Of a stretch of 64,000 bases of DNA, positions 20,486 to 30,412 are shown piece by piece. The stretch lies in contig CAXXFL010000007.1 of assembly GCA_963674965.2 (NCBI GenBank), positions 864,001-928,000 of the forward strand, given 5' to 3'. Positions within the stretch are counted from its first letter, which is position 1. The number at the start of each line of letters is the position of its first letter. Below the pieces are notes generated by a model. It saw nothing but the letters and a program-made list of their open reading frames with translations. It was not told the DNA's origin and did no database searches. The position numbers and the translations under genes are program-made. The stretch comes from a bacterium (GTDB lineage: Bacteria > RBG-13-61-14 > DATKZS01).

Positions 20486-22258
20486 ATGAGTTTCAATTTG
20501 GTAAAGAACCCCATGCCCGACTGGAAGGTGGCCGACGAGGCCGAAAAGACGATGAAGTCCCCCCAGCAGTTGGCCGACGAGCTTGGCCTTAAGGGAGACG
20601 AGCTTATCCCCATGGGCCGCGCCATGGCCAAGATCGACTTCGAGAAAGTCACGAAGCGCCTCGCCAAGAAGGCCAACGCCAAGTACATCGACGTGACGGC
20701 CATCACGCCCACGCCGCTTGGCGAGGGCAAGACGACCTCTTCCATGGGCCTTGTCGAGGGCCTTGGAAAGCGCGGCAAGAGCGTCATCGGCGCCATCCGC
20801 CAGCCCTCGATGGGACCGACCTTCAATATCAAGGGCAGCGCGGCCGGCGGCGGCGTTTCCCAGTGCGTTCCCCTCACCGACTTCTCGCTGGGCCTGACCG
20901 GCGACTTCGACTGCATCACCAACGCCCACAACCTGGCCATGGTGGCCCTGACCTCGCGCATGCAGCACGAGTTCATCCGCGACGACGCCTTCCTGAAGGG
21001 AAAGGGCCTCAAGCGCCTCAACATCGACCCGCGCAACGTGGAGATGAAGTGGATCATCGACTTCTGCGCCCAGTCGCTGCGCGAGATCATCATCGGCATC
21101 GGCGGCAAGATGGACGGCTTCATGATGAAGAGCGGCTTCGCCATCACGGTCAGCTCCGAGCTGATGGCCATTCTCGCCGTCTTCACCGACATTAAGGACT
21201 TCGTCGAGCGCATGAACCGCATCGTGGTGGCCTACAACCAGAACGGCGAGCCCGTGACCACCGGCGACCTCGAGGTGGGCGGCGCCATGGCGGCCCTTAT
21301 GCTCCGCGCCCTCAACCCCAACCTGATGCAGACCGTCGAGGGACAGCCCGTGCTGGTTCACGCCGGCCCCTTCGCCAACATCGCCATCGGCCAGAGCTCG
21401 ATCGTGGCCGACAGGGTGGGCCTCAAGCTGGCCGACTACCACGTGACCGAGTCCGGCTTCGGCGCCGACATCGGCTTCGAGAAGTTCTGGAACTTAAAGT
21501 GCCGCTTCTCCGGGCTCAAGCCCCATTGCGCGGTCCTGGTCGCCACCACCCGCGCCCTCAAGATGCACGGCGGCGGCCCCAAGGTCGTTCCCGGCCGCAA
21601 GCTCGACGCCGCCTACACCTCGGAGAACGTCAAGCTGGTCAGCAAGGGTTCCGAGAGCAACCTGGCCCACCACATCAGGACCATCAAGAAGGCCGGCATC
21701 AACCCGGTGGTCGTGCTCAACGGATTCGCCACCGACACCAAGCGCGAGGTCAACGCGGTCAAGAAGATCGCGGAGCAGGCCGGCGCCAGGTTCGCCTATT
21801 CCCAGCACTGGGCCTACGGCGGCGAGGGGGCCCTCGAGTTCGCCGACGCGGTCATCGACGCCTGCAACGCCAAGTCGAACTTCAAGTTCCTCTACCCGGA
21901 CAGCACCCCGCTTTCGGGCCGCATCATGAAGATCGCCAAGGAAGTGTACGGCGCCAAGGACGTGTCCTATACCCCGGACGCCCAGGCCAAGCTCGAGCGC
22001 CTCGAGAAAGACCCCGAGGCCAAGAAGCTCGGCACCTGCATGGTCAAGACCCACCTGTCCCTCTCGGACATCGGCGGCGTCGTGGGCGCCCCCAAGGGTT
22101 GGACCCTCAAAATCCGCGACATCCTTACCTACAAGGGAGCCGGGTTCCTCGTGCCCGTGGCCGGAGACATCAGGCTTATGCCCGGAACCGCCTCCGACGC
22201 GGCCTACAGAAGGATCAAAATTAACACCAAGACCGGAAAGGTCGAGGGACTCTTCTAA
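20486..22258 (+). CDS. fhs: Formate--tetrahydrofolate ligase
   Basis: [47 protein letters not shown] and MPG motifs; strong RBS. Confidence 0.97.
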   Translation: MSFNLVKNPMPDWKVADEAEKTMKSPQQLADELGLKGDELIPMGRAMAKIDFEKVTKRLAKKANAKYIDVTAITPTPLGEGKTTSSMGLVEGLGKRGKSVIGAIRQPSMGPTFNIKGSAAGGGVSQCVPLTDFSLGLTGDFDCITNAHNLAMVALTSRMQHEFIRDDAFLKGKGLKRLNIDPRNVEMKWIIDFCAQSLREIIIGIGGKMDGFMMKSGFAITVSSELMAILAVFTDIKDFVERMNRIVVAYNQNGEPVTTGDLEVGGAMAALMLRALNPNLMQTVEGQPVLVHAGPFANIAIGQSSIVADRVGLKLADYHVTESGFGADIGFEKFWNLKCRFSGLKPHCAVLVATTRALKMHGGGPKVVPGRKLDAAYTSENVKLVSKGSESNLAHHIRTIKKAGINPVVVLNGFATDTKREVNAVKKIAEQAGARFAYSQHWAYGGEGALEFADAVIDACNAKSNFKFLYPDSTPLSGRIMKIAKEVYGAKDVSYTPDAQAKLERLEKDPEAKKLGTCMVKTHLSLSDIGGVVGAPKGWTLKIRDILTYKGAGFLVPVAGDIRLMPGTASDAAYRRIKINTKTGKVEGLF

Positions 22259-22282
22259 TACCGGCTCAGGCCAAACCAAATC

Positions 22283-22308
22283 GGGGCCCCCTCGGGGGCC
22301 CCTTTTTT
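22283..22308 (+). terminator. Rho-independent terminator of fhs
   Basis: ggggcccc-ctcg-ggggcccc stem followed by a T-run. Confidence 0.8.
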
Positions 22309-22312
22309 ATGG

Positions 22313-22344
22313 AAAACGCCCCGCGGCCATATAACCGCGGGGCG
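22313..22344 (-). terminator. Rho-independent terminator of the pha operon
   Basis: cgccccgcgg / ccgcggggcg stem followed by TTTT on the minus strand. Confidence 0.65.
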
Positions 22345-22367
22345 CGTGATCGGCAAAGTATTCCCGA

Positions 22368-23471
22368 TTACTTTTTCTTGGCGGCCGCCTTTTTGGGGGG
22401 GGCCACGTTCTCCCCTCCCCTTTCCTTGAGCCACTCGGCCACGGTGGGGGCCAACTCCTTCTGGGAGCGTGAGGAAACATACATCCCGATATGGCCCAGG
22501 TTGAAGGCCTTGGTGGTCACGTCCTTGGATCCGACCAGCTCCGAGATGGGACGCGAGCAAGACGGAGGCACCAGGTGGTCCTGCTCCCCGAAGATGTTGA
22601 GCACGGGCATGGTCACGTTCTTAAGGCTGACCTTTCTTCCGCCCAGGACGAACTCGTCCTTCATAAGCTTGTTGTCCTGGTACATGTCCTTGATGAACTT
22701 GCGGAAGGTCTCGCCCGCCTGGTCTGGAGAGTCGAAAATCCACTTCTCCATCCTGAGGAAGTTATGCACCACGTAGGGGTCGTCGATGTTGTCCAGGAGT
22801 CCCACGTACTTGTCGATGATAAGCTGGAAGGGCTTGAGCCAGAGAAAGCCCAGGTTCATGAAGTCGCCGGGTATGTTGCCCATCACGTCCACCATCAGGT
22901 CCACGTCCATCTGCTTGGACCAGACGTTTAAAAGGCCGTCCTTGGTGTGAAAGTCCACCGGGGCAACCATGACCACCAGGTTTTTGATCTTCCTGGGAAA
23001 GAGGGCCGAGTAGATGAGGGAGAAGGTGCCGCCCTGGCAGACGCCGAGCAGGTTGACCGACTCCTGTCCCGACCTTTGCCGAACGAAGTCGACTATGTTG
23101 TCCATGTAGCCCATGATGTAGTCTTCCATGGTGTTGTACTTGTCGATCTTGGACGGATACCCCCAGTCGATGACGTACATGTCGATGCCCATCTCGAGCA
23201 GCTTGCGGATAAGGGAACGGTCGTGCTGGATGTCCATCATGTACTGCCGGTTGACCAGCGCGTAAGAAACCAGAAGCGGAACGTGATGGACGTCCTTGAC
23301 CGGGGGCTCGTAATGATAGAGCGACACCTTGTCCTCTTTGTATACCAGCTCGCGGGGCGTCACGCCGGACTCGAGGTCCTTGACCTGGAGCATGTTCTCG
23401 TAACCCTTGATCAGCTTGCGCTGAACGTCGGTTATCTCCTTAACCATCGATTCCATCGGATTAGCCGTCAT
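22368..23471 (-). CDS. phaC: Class III poly(3-hydroxyalkanoate) synthase subunit PhaC
   Basis: YALVNRQY, IDWG, lipase box GVCQGG (catalytic Cys), MEKWIFDSPDQAGE, DHLVPP and GHIG; start chosen after a GGAGG RBS. Confidence 0.93.
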   Translation of the reverse strand: MTANPMESMVKEITDVQRKLIKGYENMLQVKDLESGVTPRELVYKEDKVSLYHYEPPVKDVHHVPLLVSYALVNRQYMMDIQHDRSLIRKLLEMGIDMYVIDWGYPSKIDKYNTMEDYIMGYMDNIVDFVRQRSGQESVNLLGVCQGGTFSLIYSALFPRKIKNLVVMVAPVDFHTKDGLLNVWSKQMDVDLMVDVMGNIPGDFMNLGFLWLKPFQLIIDKYVGLLDNIDDPYVVHNFLRMEKWIFDSPDQAGETFRKFIKDMYQDNKLMKDEFVLGGRKVSLKNVTMPVLNIFGEQDHLVPPSCSRPISELVGSKDVTTKAFNLGHIGMYVSSRSQKELAPTVAEWLKERGGENVAPPKKAAAKKK

Positions 23472-23521
23472 GTCCTGTCCTCCATATGCAAAAGGGTGTA
23501 ATCCCGCCAAGCCCGAGCGCG

Positions 23522-24646
23522 TCAGTCGGTCGAGGGCGCCGGCTTCTTCAGCTCGATGCCCAGGTGTTCCTCGATCTGGCGGATCGACCGAGCCTGCCAC
23601 CTGATTTCCTTCTTCAGGTCGTAGATGGCCCTGTAGATTTCATCCATGTCCTTTTTGGAGGGCAGGTTGGTCTGCTCGATAAGCTGATCGGTGAAGGAAT
23701 CGAGCACCTTACGGAAGGTCAGTCCCCTCCGGAGGACCTCCTGGAGAAGGTTGAGGAAGACCGGGGCCATGAACAGCTCCTGGTAGGTGTCCTCGTTGAT
23801 GGTCCACCAGACGCGATAGAACTCCTTGAAGGTCTCGGGAGAAACCTCCTTGCCCCGGAACTCGGACAGGCGGGCGAAGACCTTCTCCGACGCCTTCTGG
23901 CCGGTCTGCATAAAAAGGGCCTCGTATTCGGTCATGGCCGCCTGGAACTGGAAGTAGGCGTCCAGCGTCTTGTTGAAGTTGTCGATAAACTCCCTCGAGT
24001 AACCCATGGACGGGGCCTTCAGGGCCTTGCCCATGGTGGCCTCGTAGTTGCGCCGGAACAGTCCCGCCATCTCGATAAGCGCGCCCGACTCGCCCTTGGC
24101 CGCTTTCTCGAGTATCTCGGGAACTTCCTCGAGGTTCTTGGAAAGGGGAAGATAGAACTGCCACATGTAATCCAGGATGGTTTTCTGCAGCCCGGCCACC
24201 GACTTGGCCGTGTCCTGGACCTCGCCTTCCGGCATCGAGCCCCACATGGCCTCCATCATCTTGCCGTACTCCTCGTTCCACTGCCGGTGCATTTCCTCGA
24301 TCTTCTCCGCCGTAAGGGGGGTCCCGGGCGCGAGCTGGGTGAGGGGCGTCACCACCTTGGTCCAGAAACCCAGAAGGTCGGTGTAAATCTTGCCCGCCTC
24401 CATGGTCCTTCCGAACACGTCCGCGCCGAGACCCTCTCCGGGTACCGAGCCCGAGAGCGCGTCGGTAAAGGACTTCATCCAGTTTTCCTGCCAGCCGGCA
24501 AACTCCTTGCCGTTGTGGCCCGACCATAAACCCGTGAACTTTTCCATGCCCTTGCTCGCGTTCTGCATCCAGTCCTTCCAGAAGTCCTGCTGCCACTGCA
24601 TCCAGTGCGAGGCAAAATCAGTGGGTGTCTTGGAAGTTTCCGTCAT
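23522..24646 (-). CDS. phaE: Class III PHA synthase subunit PhaE
   Basis: Directly upstream of phaC; PSMGYSRE, FYRVWWTINEDTY and NLPSKKDMDEIYRAIYDLKKE resemble PhaE. Confidence 0.85.
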   Translation of the reverse strand: MTETSKTPTDFASHWMQWQQDFWKDWMQNASKGMEKFTGLWSGHNGKEFAGWQENWMKSFTDALSGSVPGEGLGADVFGRTMEAGKIYTDLLGFWTKVVTPLTQLAPGTPLTAEKIEEMHRQWNEEYGKMMEAMWGSMPEGEVQDTAKSVAGLQKTILDYMWQFYLPLSKNLEEVPEILEKAAKGESGALIEMAGLFRRNYEATMGKALKAPSMGYSREFIDNFNKTLDAYFQFQAAMTEYEALFMQTGQKASEKVFARLSEFRGKEVSPETFKEFYRVWWTINEDTYQELFMAPVFLNLLQEVLRRGLTFRKVLDSFTDQLIEQTNLPSKKDMDEIYRAIYDLKKEIRWQARSIRQIEEHLGIELKKPAPSTD

Positions 24647-24723
24647 TGATTTTCTCCTCCCTTACGCCGGTTTGTCGTTAAGTACAATTTCATATGATGC
24701 CCGTCGTTGCTTTTGGTTTCGCT

Positions 24724-25239
24724 TCAAGCGCCGCCGCCCTTTGGGCCGGCGCTACCCGTTTTCTCGTTTTCCGATTGAAGTTCCTTGTTCACCGCTTCCG
24801 GGGACTTGGCCTTGTCCCCGGCGGCGTCCTTGGCCTGGAACTCGGACAGCCAGCCCATGTAATCCTTCAGGGTCCGCTCGGCCAGGTCCATCCAGGGCTT
24901 CATCACCTCGGGGGCCTCCTTGAAGCCGGCCATCCCCTTGGCCATGGACTGCATGGCCTGGCGAAGACGCTCAGCCTCGGACTCCAGGGCCTGGTGTTTC
25001 TTTTTCAAGTCCTCGTAATCTTTTTTAGGGACGGCGCCGAAAAGGGCGAGCCAGTCGCGGTAGGCCGCCTCGATGGCCTCGGCGGAACCCGGTGGCGATC
25101 CCGCGCCGGGGACCTGGCTCCAGAGACTCGAAAACCCTCCCGGATCGGGCGGCTTTACGCCCATCTTCTCCATCATCTCGAAATTCGAGGCGAGAAGATG
25201 CATATAGTCTCCCATCCACTTTAAAAAGCGCCGGTCCAT
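24724..25239 (-). CDS. Hypothetical PHA-locus protein with coiled coil
   Basis: Co-oriented within the pha cluster; FGAVPKKDYEDL followed by a coiled coil. Start uncertain. Confidence 0.6.
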   Translation of the reverse strand: MDRRFLKWMGDYMHLLASNFEMMEKMGVKPPDPGGFSSLWSQVPGAGSPPGSAEAIEAAYRDWLALFGAVPKKDYEDLKKKHQALESEAERLRQAMQSMAKGMAGFKEAPEVMKPWMDLAERTLKDYMGWLSEFQAKDAAGDKAKSPEAVNKELQSENEKTGSAGPKGGGA

Positions 25240-25367
25240 CTGGTCTTTCTTTTTTAAGGCTGGCCCCGTACAGCGGGCGTTTACAAACTGCCGATCACGC
25301 GAAACCTTCAAGAACTGAAGATTTAGAAGATATTTTCCGTCGCCTCGTCCGAGGCGGAAAAAACTTT

Positions 25368-25631
25368 CTATTTGTGCTTGTTAAGCATCTCTTCCATTTT
25401 CGTGACGTTATCTTTGAAAGCCGCCACGTACGCCTCCTGCGCCTTTTTCGAGTTCTCCATGCTTTCTTTAACGCCCTTTTTGAACTCGTCGGCCATCTCG
25501 CCGCCGCGCTCGAAGAAGAGGTCGAACATCTTCTCGCCCTGCTCCTGCGCCATCTCGAGGGACTTAAGATAAGCGTCCACCTGCGCTTTCCACAAGGTAA
25601 ACATTTCCTTGCCTATCTGTTCAGGATTCAT
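25368..25631 (-). CDS. Phasin-like granule-associated protein
   Basis: Small amphipathic helical protein (MAQEQGEKM...) heading the pha cluster; RBS gggagg. Confidence 0.6.
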   Translation of the reverse strand: MNPEQIGKEMFTLWKAQVDAYLKSLEMAQEQGEKMFDLFFERGGEMADEFKKGVKESMENSKKAQEAYVAAFKDNVTKMEEMLNKHK

Positions 25632-25872
25632 CGGTTTTTCCTCCCTTGCTTTCCGTGTCATGGTTATATTAGGCACTTTTGTTACAATCCGCAAGGGTTA
25701 ATTTGAAATTTAATGGAATTTTAATTCCACATTAACAATCAACCCCTTCGGATTGTATGTCCCCAAGGATAAGCTCAAGAACACACCCGAAGGTTCAAAT
25801 AAGGCGGCCCGCGCCGATATATCCGATTCCATTGCCAATACGCCTCGCCCGATATGCACATAACGTTTTTCC

Positions 25873-25901
25873 TTGACATATCGCCCCCTTATTGATATTG
25901 T
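25873..25901 (+). promoter_or_regulatory. Sigma-70-type promoter
   Basis: TTGACA-N17-TATTGT with extended -10 TG, upstream of ATG 25967. Confidence 0.6.
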
Positions 25902-25966
25902 TCGTCTCATCTCGAAGACCCTGTCTGGCTCCCAGGCCAAAAAACAATTCAAAAGAGGAGGAAGAA

Positions 25967-26548
25967 ATGTATTCAGAAACAGACAAGAGGACAAGGCTTT
26001 GGAACTTCATCATATTGGCGCTCTCATTAAGTCTGGTCCTTGTTTTCTCTCCCGGGTGCAAGAAGAAATCCGAATCGGGAGAATCGGGTGATACCAAGTC
26101 CGCCGCCAAGTCCGGAGGAGGCAAGGCGAAAGCCGGCTCGACCCCCAAGGAGACTTTCGAGCTGTATAACGATTACTGGAAAAATGGCCATAAATCCGAG
26201 GCCTTCTCTCTTCTCACTCCCGAGTCCCAGAAAAAAGTTAACAAAGAAGAATTCATGTACGTGCAGACCGGAATATCGGCGATAGAGGACTCATTGGAGG
26301 TATGTGAATACGAGTCGGACTACATCGAGGAAGAAAAGGCGGCCGTATTTTACATCCGGCGTGTACCCGATATGTTCAAGCTGATGGATGACGCGGATGG
26401 GGACGTTAAAGTTGCCACCGATATGCTTAAGTCGGGCGATTATTACGAACTCGAACACCCCGATCAGGTCATATGTTTCCGGAAGATTGACGGCAAGTGG
26501 TACGTGGACCTCGCCACCAAATGCCGAGAATGGGCCTTCGAGGAATAA
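25967..26548 (+). CDS. Hypothetical lipoprotein
   Basis: RBS gaggagg; hydrophobic stretch ending VFSPG-C; Ser/Gly/Lys linker; C-terminal KIDGKWYV. Confidence 0.7.
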   Translation: MYSETDKRTRLWNFIILALSLSLVLVFSPGCKKKSESGESGDTKSAAKSGGGKAKAGSTPKETFELYNDYWKNGHKSEAFSLLTPESQKKVNKEEFMYVQTGISAIEDSLEVCEYESDYIEEEKAAVFYIRRVPDMFKLMDDADGDVKVATDMLKSGDYYELEHPDQVICFRKIDGKWYVDLATKCREWAFEE

Positions 26549-26611
26549 ATAATCGCTCAGCGGCCCCGGCCGCCCTTTGAACGCCCCCATGGCCGGTGCT
26601 ATGATCGGACC

Positions 26612-27415
26612 ATGGACCTGATCGGAAAATACCGGACCGTCGCCTTTCCCTTAAGCCGGCGGGCCATTCTCGACAGCCTCGAGGCGGGGAAGCGGGTGCA
26701 TCGCGTGACGGCCCTTCTCGAGTTCGACGTGACCCTGGCCCGTGAAAAGATCAGGCGGCGCAAAGACAAAGGGGAGGACCTCTCCTTTACCGCCTGGCTG
26801 GTCTCGGTGGTGGGAAAGGTCATGGCCGACAACAAGGCGATCAACGCCTACCGCCGGGGCTTTTCCAAGGTCATCGAGTTCGACGACGCGGACGTTTGCA
26901 TCGTGGTCGAGCGCGACCTGGGCGGTCTCAAGCAGCCCCTGCCCTACGTGGTCAGGCGGGCGAACGAGAAGACCCCGGCCGAGGTGACCCTCGAGATAAG
27001 GGCCGCCCAGGCCGAGCCGCTCGAGGGCGGCGGCCTGGTACTGGGCGACTCCTCGTTGCCGCCCTGGCTCGTCAAAGCCTGGCTCCACCTGCCCTCCTTC
27101 ATCCGAGGCCTCTTCTGGCGATACCTCCGATATGACGGAAAGCTGGCCAAAAAATTGATGGGAACGGCGGTCATAACCTCCATCGGCATGTACGGCAAGT
27201 TCCCCGGCTGGCCCATCCCCATCGGCGTCCATACCATCGACGTCGCCGTGGGCGGCTCCTATGAAAGGCCGGCCATGGTGGAAGGCGAGATCAAGCCCCG
27301 CCAGTTCCTCCGCGTCACCATCATGACCGACCACGACCTCGTGGACGGCGCCCCCGCCGCCCGCGTCATCAACGATATCACCGAGCTGATCGAGAGCGGA
27401 TGGGGACTGGATTAA
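26612..27415 (+). CDS. Stand-alone 2-oxoacid dehydrogenase E2-like acyltransferase catalytic domain
   Basis: DHDLVDGAPAAR (HxxxDG) and GTAVITSIGM motifs; no lipoyl domain. Confidence 0.85.
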   Translation: MDLIGKYRTVAFPLSRRAILDSLEAGKRVHRVTALLEFDVTLAREKIRRRKDKGEDLSFTAWLVSVVGKVMADNKAINAYRRGFSKVIEFDDADVCIVVERDLGGLKQPLPYVVRRANEKTPAEVTLEIRAAQAEPLEGGGLVLGDSSLPPWLVKAWLHLPSFIRGLFWRYLRYDGKLAKKLMGTAVITSIGMYGKFPGWPIPIGVHTIDVAVGGSYERPAMVEGEIKPRQFLRVTIMTDHDLVDGAPAARVINDITELIESGWGLD

Positions 27416-27591
27416 AGGAAGACTGGCGACATATGGCGTGAGGTACCAACTCGGCCCGAACGGTAAAAAATAGAGCGCAACCAAGACCGTTAAAAACTCA
27501 AAACGGCCGCGGCCGGAGGGAAGCGGCTATAATTATTACGCCCTTTCTCACTCGTGAAGCTACCACGTTTATCCTGCCGCCGGCCTATCAA

Positions 27592-28464
27592 TTACGGCTC
27601 ATACACGCATCTAAAACCTACGGTCTTGTTGCGTGATTTGATACGATGACTTATTGCTCTATTAGTGATAGAACATCTCGAAGGCGCACATCCCCAGCCC
27701 CCGCCCTTAATGATGGCGAATTGTCCAAATTTATTTGATAGAAAGCTTGATTCGAGCTTTCCCTTATTTGCCCATCCGCGTTCTTTGAACCTGTCTCTTG
27801 TCCATTCGTTGACGTTTCCGGCCATATCGAATACACCGTAAGGGCTTACGTTCTTCGGTAATGATCCTACTTTGCGTCCAAAAGTCGCGTCAGTGTCATT
27901 AGTCAGTGGACAGAAAAAAGCTGTCACGTATTCGCAGGTAAATTCATCTCCCCACGGAAATATCCTGTCATCGGTCCCCCGCGCCGCTTTTTCCCACTGG
28001 GCCTCAGTCGGGAGTTTTTTACCCGCCCATTCGCAGTATTTTTCTGCTTCGAAGTATGAAACGTCCGTCACGGGAAAATCGGGGTCGACGGGATTGGCCG
28101 AGAAAGGCGGAATTTGATTGCATCCTTTGTCTTTAACACATTCAAAAAACTGCCCACGCGTGACCTCATACTTGTCAATAAGATAGGAGTCTAAAGGCAT
28201 TTTTTTAGCCGGTCCGTCAAGATTGAAAATGTCTCGGTTACATAATTCATCCTTCAATGGGATATCGAGGGACTGGCATTGTTTAACGCTTTCTTCCACG
28301 TCTCTTCCCTTTGTAAATTCCCCCGCCGGGACAAAAAGCATTGGTCCGCCTTTTGTCCCCTTAGGATAGTATTCGACGTTCGTCGTGTATTTTTGGCTTA
28401 TCTATCCATGGCATGAAGTAAGGACCATGGCGACAATGACGTAATGTATGGTTTTCATTTTCAT
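27592..28464 (-). pseudogene. FGE-sulfatase (SUMF1)-family lipoprotein interrupted by an in-frame TAG at codon 21
   Basis: MKMKTIHYVIVAMVLTSC-HG-TAG(28404-28402)-ISQKY... continues in frame into MLFVPAGEF, LPTEAQWEKAARG, DMAGNVNEW and GFRC. AT-rich. Confidence 0.7.
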
Positions 28465-28586
28465 CCCCATGCTCGTTGAGGATACCCCGAAGGCGAGGCC
28501 CCGGGCAAATCTTCTCTGGGCTGGCAAGGAATATTGCGGTCCCCTCGCGTTTTATGCAAACCGGGCTGGCAGGACTGGAGCGCATA

Positions 28587-28820
28587 TTACCTTGCCAACA
28601 GGTCCGCCATGTCTTTTCCCGCCGAGTCGAATGGAGTCTCTCCACTTTTATTAACGATATGCACCAGTGCAAAGTTGTCGATCAGTAATTTCACCACGTC
28701 CCGAGAATCACTTCTTACCGCGAAATGCAGCGGAGCGTTTCCATCCTGGTCAATTGCGTTCACGTCGGCCCCATTCGAAATCAGTAACTCTACTATTTCC
28801 ATTGAACCATTTAGCGCCGC
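28587..28820 (-). pseudogene. Truncated ankyrin-repeat protein remnant
   Basis: AALNGSMEIVELLISNGADVNAIDQDGNAPLHFA...GETP; the 5' end stops mid-repeat. Confidence 0.65.
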
Positions 28821-28851
28821 GGGAAGGGAGAACCAAAAGTGTATGGGCCAT

Positions 28852-28926
28852 GTACATTTCCCATCTTGCGGCTTGCGCCGCGCGCATAGCTATCCGCGCG
28901 GCGCAAGCCGTTGGATCGTTATGTAC
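28852..28926. repeat. Long imperfect palindrome with a 16-bp perfect inner stem
   Basis: cggcttgcgccgcgcg (28869-28884) pairs with cgcgcggcgcaagccg (28895-28910); outer gtacat / atgtac. Confidence 0.8.
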
Positions 28927-29227
28927 GCGCCCGGCGGACCATCGCCCCCTTTCCCGCGCCTTCGGCGCCCAGATAGCGGAGCTATCCGGGCCACCCGGGG
29001 TTTCTTGCGAAACCGGACGGGTCACCCATTACAGCCGTCGAGTGGTGATTGAATCGAAGTCGTAAATTTGGGATGGACGATAATTTTTTCGGCGGCTCTT
29101 ACCTACCGGAATAATTCGATTAGCCATATCGGTATACCGTCAAATTGGCCGATTCGTCAATTAGCGCTCCACAAAAATGCACCCGTTTCGCCATATATAG
29201 AAGGGCATTTTTTGCGAGGAGGAGAAC

Positions 29228-30412
29228 ATGCGATGGTTCAAGCATGAGGTGGACGCGGGCCGGGACTGGGCCAAGAGCGAGGTTATGGCAAAGTGCGGGC
29301 TCGAGGGCTACGGGCTTTATTATTATCTTATCGAGATACTGGCCGAGCGGGCGGAGGGGGAGGAGAACCGCGCCCTGACCCTTCCCGCCGGGGCCTGGGC
29401 AAAGCGGTGCGGGTTGTCCACGGTGAAGTTCAAGCGCATCGCCCGCGTCCTGGCCCGCAATTTTCTCATCAAACTATCCGAGACCCGGTCCGGCAAGATG
29501 ACCATACAATGCCGCCGCTGGATTTCGACCTGCCCCGAATGCCCGGCGGTGAAAGCCGGGTTGAAGGAACTGGACGAGTTCGACCGCGGCTTCTTCGGGA
29601 CCCCGGCCGAGCCGGAGCACGTGGGCTATCAAATACAGACGTGGCTAAAGACCGCCAAGGTCCCCGACTATCTTATTGACGTGCCGGACGAGGTCGTCGC
29701 CGGCCTTGATGAAATGTTCGTTCCTCGCGAGCGCGCCTTCGACCTGGCCTTCAGCTTCGGCCCGGCCCTTTTGATCGACGGTTTTTATTACGCCCGGGCC
29801 CACGCCGACGACGATTTCGAGGCTTTCCAGTTCCTGCTCCTGGTCTATCTTTTACGCGGCCCGGTTTACAGTCCTGTCAAAGGCAATCCCTATCTGGCTG
29901 AAGTCGAGAGCGACGGCGGCCTGGCCGCGATGGCATCGATGATCGAAAAATCCGGCTGGCCGGTCTTTCGCGCTGACTTCCTCGAGTCCGACTGCGCCCG
30001 CCCCCGTGACGGTCCTTGTCTGGCCTTTGGCAAAGGACGATCGCCTTGGTGGGGCGCCCCGGCCGGTTTTGCCAAAAACCGCCCGGGGCCGGTGGAGCCG
30101 GATAGGTGTATGGGCAGGTGGGAAATACGCGGTAACGAGAAATACGCGGCCCCGTACCCATCCCGCTTCGCGGGACCCGCGCGGTTTCTTACGAAACCGG
30201 ACGGGTCACCCGGCGTCCCGCGGCTTTCACGCGATGACGGCATGGCGATCCAAGTCAGGCCCCGGCGGCGCGACCCGCCTTGCTCTTTGACAATCGAATA
30301 CCGGGGGCGAGCCAGTACCCATCCGGCTCCGCCGGCCCCGGGCGGTTTCTTACGAAACCGGCCGGGCCACCGCGCTCTTTTCGCTCCTTTAAAGCCCCGG
30401 ATGGGGCGATGA
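29228..30412 (+). CDS. Phage replication-initiator-like N-terminal domain protein (DUF4373/Lin1244-like); C-terminus reads through repeats and is probably degenerate
   Basis: MRWFKH...GLEGYGLYYYLIE followed by an HTH-like segment; RBS gaggagg; the last ~130 aa are translated repeat DNA. Confidence 0.5.
   Translation: MRWFKHEVDAGRDWAKSEVMAKCGLEGYGLYYYLIEILAERAEGEENRALTLPAGAWAKRCGLSTVKFKRIARVLARNFLIKLSETRSGKMTIQCRRWISTCPECPAVKAGLKELDEFDRGFFGTPAEPEHVGYQIQTWLKTAKVPDYLIDVPDEVVAGLDEMFVPRERAFDLAFSFGPALLIDGFYYARAHADDDFEAFQFLLLVYLLRGPVYSPVKGNPYLAEVESDGGLAAMASMIEKSGWPVFRADFLESDCARPRDGPCLAFGKGRSPWWGAPAGFAKNRPGPVEPDRCMGRWEIRGNEKYAAPYPSRFAGPARFLTKPDGSPGVPRLSRDDGMAIQVRPRRRDPPCSLTIEYRGRASTHPAPPAPGGFLRNRPGHRALFAPLKPRMGR

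Noticed and set aside
27592-28341. FGE-domain gene as a diversity-generating retroelement target
   Set aside because: No reverse transcriptase and no template repeat of its 3' end were seen in the window.
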